25,365 nt of DNA from NCBI GenBank assembly GCA_043718025.1, contig JAYSWN010000143.1, positions 1 to 25,365 of the forward strand, written 5' to 3'. Both the position numbers and the translations under genes were made by a program. Positions 7,261 to 14,767 of the stretch are shown in pieces. Position 1 is the stretch's first letter, and the number at the start of each line of letters is the position of its first letter. This stretch comes from Pseudomonadota bacterium. Its GTDB lineage: Bacteria; Bdellovibrionota; FAC87; UBA2466. Below the pieces are notes generated by a model. It was not told the origin of the DNA. It worked only from the letters and a program-made list of their open reading frames with translations, and did not search any database.

Positions 7261-9027
7261 ATGCCCCGATTTGATGACTATCTGCTTTGGAAGTCTGAGC
7301 TAGCCGAAAACACGGGTCCGGGCTTGGGCCCCGAAAAGGCGTTGTTGGTTACGGCCAAGCGTTTGCCTAAACAAGGAAGCCGCTACGCGGTGGTGGGACG
7401 GGGACCTGAGTTAGGGCTTGCGGCGCTGGCTGATTTTTCGGTTTTTGGCAACCGCCCCTTCTTTCTCTTGAGTGAATCAAACGAGCTTCAGGCCGAGCGA
7501 ATTTTGCCCGCCGACGATTGTCTTTTTGCGCCCCAATTTCCTGAGCTGGCTTTGCGCTCACTGATCTCTAGTTCGGCGGTAATCTCTTTTTCGCTCGTGC
7601 CGGCGATAGTGGCGGTGGGTAACCGCATTCCCGCCGTGGTGATTTCTCAAGATCCAAAAACGCTTTGGTTAACTCAGCGCCTGGGCATTCCGTGTCTGAA
7701 AAAAACCTCGCCCCAAAAAATGCTTCGCGCCCTGGCCGATCTTTTTCAAAATTACCAGTGGGAGGTCCCGTTTCTCTCGGCCGCAATGTTTCAAGAGAAG
7801 ATGGGTCGTGTCGAGTCTTCTTACGGCCGAAACGTAATTTTCAGGTCTGGCGGTTCCACTCCACTTTCGATGCGTGAGCAAGAGCAGACCGAACTGCGCG
7901 TCGCCTTAATTTCGGACCGCGAGTATTTGCCGCAGCTGCACGGTTTGATGGCCAACTTATCCGAAGTCGCCAAATGCCAAATTCATTTTGAAATTCTGGC
8001 CCTCGATCGCGAGACCGAAGAGTTTGTTTTAGAGCTGAACCAGTACCGCAACGTCACCCTCACGCGTTTTGCTGAATTGTGGGGCGAATTACAGGTTGGC
8101 ACTTGGAGCGCTCGCGACAAAGCGCTGCGCTCAAAGCCTCGCTTCTTGCTCCGCTTAGTGCGGCAAAGTCAGGACGCCGTTTTTTATTTTGATTGCGATA
8201 TGCATTTCAAGCGATGCCCCTCGCACTTATTGACCGAGTTTCAAAACCAATCCCTGCTGCTGTTTCCAAACTGGAACGATTCGATGGTGGAAACTCGCCA
8301 GTTTGGAGTTTTTAACGCGGGCATGATCGGCGCGCGACCCGGTTGCGAGCGGTTTTTGGAAGTGTGGGCCGAGTTTTGCCACCAGCATTATCAAAGCCAG
8401 GGCCCCGGCTACTTTTTAGACCAAGGCTTTTTGGATCTGGTGCCGCTGTATATGGACGATTTCAAAGTCTACCGGCGGGGCGACCAAAATGCCGCACGCT
8501 GGAACCAGGCCACCCACGAAGACCAAGTTCCGCTTCGTTCTTTCCACGCGTCGCAGCCTGACGCAAAGGGGTTTTTTGCCGAAAAGGTATTGTGGGATCA
8601 GCTCCATTGGATTTTTAGGCGCGACGAAACACCGGTAGTTTCGCTTGAGCGGTGGCGGTCGTTATTGCTGCAAGTGTGGCGCGAACATTCGCTTTCGCTA
8701 TCGCGCTGGTGCCGCCTGCGAAAAAGCTTGGACGCGGCTGGCTTGAGCATTTGGTTTCGTGCCGATTGGTTGGCAAAGTTTTTAATCTACGGAATGGGCC
8801 GTCATGCCCTTTCGGGCGTGGCTTGGGTACGGCGTCAGGTTTTGGCCGAGCACCGCAAGGTGAACCGTTCAGAGACCGACGTGTGGGTAGCCGAGCAGCA
8901 ATTGGCGATTCGCGAAACTACGGCGCAAAAACGGGCCTTTGTTCCCTCGATGTTGCCGTTTGAGCTTTCGGAAGTGGGGCTTAGTGAACCCATTTCGTTT
9001 GCAAACCGCCCGCCGGAGATTCACTAG
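7261..9027 (+). CDS. Putative glycosyltransferase: GT-A-like C-terminal domain plus a degenerate polysaccharide pyruvyl-transferase-like N-terminal part
   Basis: FYFDCD (DxD), GVFNAGMIG and FLDQGFLD are typical of GT8/GT77-like folds. The N-terminal AVISFSLVPAIVAVGNRIPAVVISQDPK resembles the PS_pyruv_trans C-terminal motif. ATG 7261 has SD GGAG (alternative GTG 7231). Confidence 0.6.
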   Translation: MPRFDDYLLWKSELAENTGPGLGPEKALLVTAKRLPKQGSRYAVVGRGPELGLAALADFSVFGNRPFFLLSESNELQAERILPADDCLFAPQFPELALRSLISSSAVISFSLVPAIVAVGNRIPAVVISQDPKTLWLTQRLGIPCLKKTSPQKMLRALADLFQNYQWEVPFLSAAMFQEKMGRVESSYGRNVIFRSGGSTPLSMREQEQTELRVALISDREYLPQLHGLMANLSEVAKCQIHFEILALDRETEEFVLELNQYRNVTLTRFAELWGELQVGTWSARDKALRSKPRFLLRLVRQSQDAVFYFDCDMHFKRCPSHLLTEFQNQSLLLFPNWNDSMVETRQFGVFNAGMIGARPGCERFLEVWAEFCHQHYQSQGPGYFLDQGFLDLVPLYMDDFKVYRRGDQNAARWNQATHEDQVPLRSFHASQPDAKGFFAEKVLWDQLHWIFRRDETPVVSLERWRSLLLQVWREHSLSLSRWCRLRKSLDAAGLSIWFRADWLAKFLIYGMGRHALSGVAWVRRQVLAEHRKVNRSETDVWVAEQQLAIRETTAQKRAFVPSMLPFELSEVGLSEPISFANRPPEIH

Positions 9028-9048
9028 AGTGAACTTTACAAGGCCATT

Positions 9049-10218
9049 ATGAAGCTCGGAATTTTATCGCCGGCTTTTCCTCCCCTACCGTGCGCTGAGT
9101 CTGAATTTGTTTTACTTCTCGCCGAGGGGCTCCGGGCGCGCGGAAACGACGTTCGGGTTTTTTCAGAGCCTTCTTTTTTTACCCTCCTTTCTCAATTGCT
9201 GGCGACCGAGCCGTCGACCCTGCTCGTTGCCTATCAGCCGTGGCTGTTTAAAAAATATCCGGCTTTTGAAAGGGCACTTAGGGTCTTCCACGCTTTAAAA
9301 CCGCGGGTGCCGCTGCAGTTGGTTTACTTCAACCCTTCGGCAAAATGGCGCGGTGAATGGGCGACGCTTTTCCCCTCATTCACCACCATTCACGTTTTGA
9401 GCGAGCGCCACCGGCTGGCTTTTGCGTCGCGCTTTCCGGCGTTAACCAGTCGAACGGTGGTGACGCCGGTTTTCTCGCTGGCGCCGGCAGCGCCCGGATT
9501 GGTTTCGCGCCGTGAGGCCAAGGCAAAGTTAGGCATTTCGTCGTCCTATTTGTGGGTGTCGTTGGGTTATCTTTATCCGGGAAAGGGGATCGAAGTATTA
9601 CTTCGTGCTTTTGCGCTTTCCCTTATGAGTTTTCCCGACTCGCGGCTTGTGGTGGTGGGCGGACGCATGGCCGCCGATTTCTCGGGATGGACCGACTTTT
9701 CGAAGTGGCTCCAACTGTTAGCCGAAACTCTTGGCATTGCCGATCGGGTGAGCTGGGTGAGTGACTTTAAGCGAGACGCCTTTCCCACGCTTTGGTTTCA
9801 GGCCGCCGACGGGGCCGTGGTACCGGGCGACGTAGGGGTGGGTAGCAATAACTCAGCGGTGGCGACGATCTGCGATTTTGGTTTGCCGCTGGTTGCTTTT
9901 CGCGGCGAATTTTTAGATCCCGAATTCGAAGACGGTCACAATTGTTTACTTGCCGCTCAACGAAGCTCGCCCGCGTTAGCGGCAGCGATGGGCCGCGTGC
10001 AAAGCGACGAAGGCCTTCGCCAGACGTTGTCGTGGGGTAGTGAATTGCTGGCAAAACGGGTTTTTTCGCGCGGGTTGGCCCTGGATAATTGGAACGCCAT
10101 CCTGCACCGTTCCATCACCCATTCGGGGTTATACTGTAGTCATGCCGAAACTCTCGACGTTCCTGCTTATGGTCCTTGGTTTACAGGCTTTGGCCGAACC
10201 CCGACCCCCCAAAATTGA
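9049..10218 (+). CDS. Glycosyltransferase family 4 (GT-B)
   Basis: MKLGILSPAFPP, LAEGLRARGNDVRV, LGYLYPGKGIEVLLRAF, LVVVGG, AADGAVVP, GLPLV and DGHNCLL. Confidence 0.85.
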   Translation: MKLGILSPAFPPLPCAESEFVLLLAEGLRARGNDVRVFSEPSFFTLLSQLLATEPSTLLVAYQPWLFKKYPAFERALRVFHALKPRVPLQLVYFNPSAKWRGEWATLFPSFTTIHVLSERHRLAFASRFPALTSRTVVTPVFSLAPAAPGLVSRREAKAKLGISSSYLWVSLGYLYPGKGIEVLLRAFALSLMSFPDSRLVVVGGRMAADFSGWTDFSKWLQLLAETLGIADRVSWVSDFKRDAFPTLWFQAADGAVVPGDVGVGSNNSAVATICDFGLPLVAFRGEFLDPEFEDGHNCLLAAQRSSPALAAAMGRVQSDEGLRQTLSWGSELLAKRVFSRGLALDNWNAILHRSITHSGLYCSHAETLDVPAYGPWFTGFGRTPTPQN

Positions 10219-11758
10219 CGCCCAAGATTTAGATGGCTCAGACCAGATTGAGATCGTGGGCGAAGCGTTAGTTCAACCGCATATACCGGTACGCAAGGCC
10301 GATCCCGCCGAAGCCGTTCCGCTAATCGATGAGGCCAATCGATTGTGCGACCTGGGCGAGTTTGAACGAGCTCGCGATGAGTTCGAAAAGGCTATTCAAA
10401 TCGATGCCAAAAACCATCGCGGTTACGCCGGATTCGGTAGGGCCATGATCGGACTCAACCAATTGGGCCGCGCTGGTGAGCCCACGCAAAAAGCGTTAGA
10501 GCTTGATAAAAATTCAATCGACGCGCTGGTTAACCAAGCCGAAATTTATTTTGCCTCTGGTCAAAAAAAGAACGGAGGCGATTTTATCAATCGCGCCATC
10601 AACGCCAATCCCAATCATGGTCGTCTGCACGAGGTGCGCGGCGCCGAGGCCACCGCCGAAGGTAAAGTAGAAGAGTCGATCACCTTTTTTGAAGCCGCGC
10701 TTTTGCAAAACAGCGTGTTGGGGCGATCCTATTTAATGTTGGGTGAAGCGTACCGAAAAAAAGAGCGGTTCAAGGACGCCATTGCTACTTACGAAAAAGC
10801 GCTACGTTTGCCGTTGTCCAGCGACTACAAAGGGCGGTTGCACGAGCGCATGAGTCGCCTTTACACCTCGCTTCGTCAGCACGGTTTGGCGATTAAAGAG
10901 GCCAAGGCCTCGTTGTTTATCGAAAAAGACAATGCCGATTACATGATGGCCCTGGCCGATGCTTACAATGGGGCGGAGCAAAGCGAAAAGGCGGTAAAGA
11001 CGTTTCAAGAGACGCTCAACATTAATCCAAAATTGGCGGCCGCGTATTTGGGAATGGGAAAAACGCTGCTTAAATCAGGCCATACGCAGCGTGCGATTAA
11101 CACTTATAAATTACTCATCGAGATTGAACCGCAAAATGCGCAGGCTCACTACGAAATCGCCAACGCCTACCAAAAACGCGGCGGGCCGGCGGTGCAGAGT
11201 GCAGTTGATCATTTTCAACGGGTGGTGGCGATCGACACCGAAAATTTTGATGCGTTTTTCAGCCTTGGCCGTATCTATCGCAAAGAGAAAAAGTACGATA
11301 TCGCCAAAAAGAATTTGGAAGACGCCACCCGCGTTAATCCCAAAATATCGGGCGCCTGGGAAGAGCTAGGCTTTGTGCTTAGCGCGGTGGGTGAAACCAA
11401 AAGGGCGATTCTTGCGTTTCAGAAGGCGGTAGAACTTGAGCCCGAAAACGCCAATGCGCGTACCAATTTGGGTAAGGTCTTGGTTGCCGATGACGCTAAC
11501 GACGCCGCCATTGGTCACTTTTCGCTGGTGCTCAGAAAATTTCCCAAACACCCTGAGGCCAGTTACGGCATGGGGCTGGCTTATTGCCAAAAGGGAGATC
11601 CGGATCTTGCCCAAAAGTACCTGAAAAAAGCCACGATCTACCGCAGCAAAAGAGCGGGGCAACTATTGAGCTTTATCAATAAAAACTGCCTCAATGGCCG
11701 GCGTCCAGCCTCGCCATCGCCCTACACCTCGAAGCCCGACGAAAAAGACGACGAATAA
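10142..11758 (+). CDS. Secreted tetratricopeptide-repeat (TPR) protein
   Basis: About a dozen 34-aa TPR units (e.g. AYLGMGKTLLKSGHTQRAINTYKLLIEIEPQNA). ATG 10142 gives signal peptide MPKLSTFLLMVLGLQALA; the ORF-track start at 10040 is unlikely. Confidence 0.88.
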   Translation: MPKLSTFLLMVLGLQALAEPRPPKIDAQDLDGSDQIEIVGEALVQPHIPVRKADPAEAVPLIDEANRLCDLGEFERARDEFEKAIQIDAKNHRGYAGFGRAMIGLNQLGRAGEPTQKALELDKNSIDALVNQAEIYFASGQKKNGGDFINRAINANPNHGRLHEVRGAEATAEGKVEESITFFEAALLQNSVLGRSYLMLGEAYRKKERFKDAIATYEKALRLPLSSDYKGRLHERMSRLYTSLRQHGLAIKEAKASLFIEKDNADYMMALADAYNGAEQSEKAVKTFQETLNINPKLAAAYLGMGKTLLKSGHTQRAINTYKLLIEIEPQNAQAHYEIANAYQKRGGPAVQSAVDHFQRVVAIDTENFDAFFSLGRIYRKEKKYDIAKKNLEDATRVNPKISGAWEELGFVLSAVGETKRAILAFQKAVELEPENANARTNLGKVLVADDANDAAIGHFSLVLRKFPKHPEASYGMGLAYCQKGDPDLAQKYLKKATIYRSKRAGQLLSFINKNCLNGRRPASPSPYTSKPDEKDDE

Positions 11759-11782
11759 GTAAAGCTGGGGTTAAATGCACGG

Positions 11783-14053
11783 GTGAAATGTTTTTACTCG
11801 TCGCTGTTTGCCGTTTTACTCTTAACCGCTTGTTCGGGTCCGGTTCCTTTTCCTGAGTCGAGCGAAAAAAATCCGTTACAACCTGAGTTTTCGGGCAAGC
11901 AGTGTTTGCAGTTTTTAGATGCGTCGGAAGTGACCCACCTAAAAGCAGAAACGGATGACTTAGCCTACGCTTGTATGGGCTGGGTCCACGCTAAGAACCG
12001 CGCCTTTCAAATGGATTATTTGCGTCGTGCGGCCTCAGGCAGGTTAGCCGAATTGTTCGGAACCAAGTCATTAAAGGGTGATTTCTTTTTGCGTCTGGTT
12101 GGCTTGCGCGAAAAGGCGATTGAAATTTTTGCCGCTTATCCCCAGAGAGATCGCCGTCAACTTTGGGCCTACGCTCACGGGGTGAACCAAGCGTTTGCGA
12201 CGGCCGAGGTCAAAGCGGCTTACGAATTTAAAAAGTGGAGCTACCAGCCCGAATCCTGGCACCCGGTCGACTCACTGGCTATTTTGTTGCTCGAGTCTTT
12301 TAATGAAACGCAAGGCGCCTTCTGGCAGGGCCTAAGGGAAGAAAAAATTCGCGAGCGGTTTGGCAATAAAGCTAAGCCTTTGTTTCAACCCTACGGCTTG
12401 CCTTGGGACGCGCCCATTTTGAAAGCGGGAGAGACCTACGGCGATACCATTCGTCGCACTCTACGCGAACCGGGATTTGATACCAAAGAAGGGGCGGCGC
12501 CTTGGGCCCCCAAAATAAAAACGGAAGAGTCGGGCAGCAACAGTTGGGTGGTGGGAAAAAGCCGTTCCCAATCGGGCAAGGCGTGGTTTGCTAATGATCC
12601 TCACCTGACTTTAAGTCATCCCCCTTTTTGGTTTTGGGTGCACTTGAGTTCGCCCGATCTAGAGGTGGTGGGCGCGAGCGTTCCCGGCGTGCCGATAATC
12701 GCCAGCGGGTTTAATCGAAAGGTGGCGTGGGGCCTTACCGATTCTTACATCGCCGTGGGTGAAGTGCTGGCGGTACCCACTGAAGACACCACCTCATTCA
12801 CCACCATTTATCCAAAAGTGTTTACCCGCGTGGGCCCGTGGCAATTTCCCATCACCTTTAAAAAATTCATGAAAAGTCCCGACGGCTGGCCGGTGCTGCC
12901 CCTCGCTTCGCCAAAAGGTAAAGTGTTGGTCTTGCGGTGGTCGGGTTTAAACGTAACCGCCTTGGGGCTGGGCGCCTTGAGTCAGTTACCGAAAACTCAA
13001 TCGGTGGGTGAAACCGCGCAGTGGTTTGCCGGGGTAGAGCTGCCAAGCTGGAATTATGTTTTTGCCGATAGCCAAGGGGCCATTGGTTACCGCGCGATTG
13101 GCCTGTTACCAAAGTGGGATGGCGAGCTACCGTTTGGGGTGGCAGAAAGCCGCGCGAGTAGACTCGGGGAGTGGGAATTTTTAGCCCCGGCGCAAAGCCC
13201 ACAGCTATTAAACCCGAAGCGAGATTTTATCGTAACCGCGAATAACCGGCAGGAGCTGACTCCACACCCTCTCGATCGGGGGCGCGCGCACCGGCTTTCG
13301 TTTCGGGCTTTTCGTATTGAAGAGCTGATTAAGGCGCAGCCCAAGCACAATTTGCAATCGATGGCGCGGATACAGTGCGATTTTCAAACCGGTGACGCGC
13401 GCTTTGTGGTGCCTAAACTCATGGCGTTTATCGATAAACTAGATCGGCGAAAATACGGCTGGGGCGTGCGCGAGAACCACGCCATCGATGAAATAAAGAG
13501 ATGGGATTTTGACGCGGGCCCCGATTGTAAAGCCTGCGCGGTGTTCTACCGCTGGACCGAGCGAATTGGTGACCGCACCGGTTTAGATTTTGTGTCATTC
13601 TTTAGAATTCTAGATTCACCCGATGAGTACGCTTTTGCGATCGCCAAATCATTATCGGAGGCGCTCGATGATTTGCGGGTAGTAGACTACCGCCCCCTGC
13701 CCACTTGGGGGCAAGTGCACCGGGCCTACTTTGGCCACATTTCTGGTAGCGCCGCGTTTGAAAAATTTGATTACTTAAAAACCGGCGGTTTTGATCACAC
13801 CATCAACATGGCGTCGGCCGAGTGGGTGGGGGATCACTACAGTCAGAGAGCGGGCTCATCGCATCGATTATTGGTTGAAATGACCAGCCCTCCCACCGGC
13901 TATTTTGCGATGCCCGGCCCGGCTAGCGATACCGAAGCCAAAGACATTCGCAACGACCAAGCGCCGTGGCGGCAGTGGCAAGACTGCCACTATCGAAAAA
14001 TTGAATTTCCGCTGGATTGGAAAAACGTTTCGGCCGCGCCGGTGACGCTATGA
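11783..14053 (+). CDS. Penicillin acylase family Ntn-hydrolase (peptidase S45), lipoprotein
   Basis: Lipobox LTA-C; GWVHAKNRAFQMDYLRRAASGRLAELFG; catalytic GSNSWVV; ANDPHL; NYVFADSQGAIGY; TANN. Confidence 0.92.
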   Translation: MKCFYSSLFAVLLLTACSGPVPFPESSEKNPLQPEFSGKQCLQFLDASEVTHLKAETDDLAYACMGWVHAKNRAFQMDYLRRAASGRLAELFGTKSLKGDFFLRLVGLREKAIEIFAAYPQRDRRQLWAYAHGVNQAFATAEVKAAYEFKKWSYQPESWHPVDSLAILLLESFNETQGAFWQGLREEKIRERFGNKAKPLFQPYGLPWDAPILKAGETYGDTIRRTLREPGFDTKEGAAPWAPKIKTEESGSNSWVVGKSRSQSGKAWFANDPHLTLSHPPFWFWVHLSSPDLEVVGASVPGVPIIASGFNRKVAWGLTDSYIAVGEVLAVPTEDTTSFTTIYPKVFTRVGPWQFPITFKKFMKSPDGWPVLPLASPKGKVLVLRWSGLNVTALGLGALSQLPKTQSVGETAQWFAGVELPSWNYVFADSQGAIGYRAIGLLPKWDGELPFGVAESRASRLGEWEFLAPAQSPQLLNPKRDFIVTANNRQELTPHPLDRGRAHRLSFRAFRIEELIKAQPKHNLQSMARIQCDFQTGDARFVVPKLMAFIDKLDRRKYGWGVRENHAIDEIKRWDFDAGPDCKACAVFYRWTERIGDRTGLDFVSFFRILDSPDEYAFAIAKSLSEALDDLRVVDYRPLPTWGQVHRAYFGHISGSAAFEKFDYLKTGGFDHTINMASAEWVGDHYSQRAGSSHRLLVEMTSPPTGYFAMPGPASDTEAKDIRNDQAPWRQWQDCHYRKIEFPLDWKNVSAAPVTL

Positions 14054-14085
14054 TTGCCTAGGTGGCAGCGGTTTGTTGCGCCAGA

Positions 14086-14568
14086 TTATTCGGCCGCAGC
14101 ATCTGGTAGTGATGTAGGCGCCACCTCTGGAGCTTTTTGACCCTTGCACTTACAAGTGCAGGAAACGGCACAAAACGCTCGATAGTGAGTTCGACCAATC
14201 AATGGCCAATAAATGCCTCCACCAATCTTGGAGTTTTCGCATTTAAAGTCGTCAAATTCAGAGCCGGCTGCACTACATTTTTCAGCGCAGGCGTACGGAC
14301 CCTCGGGGTCTTTAAATCGTGAACACTTATTGTCGAGGCTTTTCATGCACTCCTTTTCCGCGGTCACCCTTTCACCTTCGGGATAAACGTCTGATCCGCC
14401 TCGCAGTATTGTTCCGGTGGCGTTGCAACTCATTACATGAGAACCCGTCTCTGGGTTTGTTGTGACTTGAATCTGCGGTTCTTCGCTATCGATTGGGGTG
14501 GCTACTGAATAAGCCGAACTGGCCCCCAAAAAAAGAAGCGAAAGACCAAGGATAGAAATGACGTTCAT
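14086..14568 (-). CDS. Secreted cysteine-rich hypothetical protein (10 Cys)
   Basis: Signal peptide MNVISILGLSLLFLGASSAYS, SD GGAG upstream, 10 Cys including CxxxC and CxxxCxCxC. Confidence 0.7.
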   Translation of the reverse strand: MNVISILGLSLLFLGASSAYSVATPIDSEEPQIQVTTNPETGSHVMSCNATGTILRGGSDVYPEGERVTAEKECMKSLDNKCSRFKDPEGPYACAEKCSAAGSEFDDFKCENSKIGGGIYWPLIGRTHYRAFCAVSCTCKCKGQKAPEVAPTSLPDAAAE

Positions 14569-14731
14569 GCTTTAGACTCCAATGTAGGGATGGATAACAA
14601 ATATGGTATTCGGAAAATGTGGTGAGAAAGTGTCGGCCCGAAGTGCCGAGTAACTAAACAATCTTAGAGCGATTTTCCTCACCAAATCGGTCTGAGTTTG
14701 GGGCCCCGGGGCGAATGACTCTCTCTCTGGT

Positions 14732-14760
14732 TTGCCCCAGCCCCCTTTCCCCCCTAGTAT
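14732..14760 (+). promoter_or_regulatory. Putative sigma-70 promoter, leaderless type, for the dsbD operon
   Basis: TTGCCC-N17-TAGTAT, then 7 nt to ATG 14768; no SD. Confidence 0.55.
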
Positions 14761-14767
14761 CCACCCA

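Noticed and set aside
10040..10141. ORF-track N-terminal extension of the TPR protein
   Set aside because: It lies inside GT4, and ATG 10142 gives a clean signal peptide with a -10 box at leaderless spacing.
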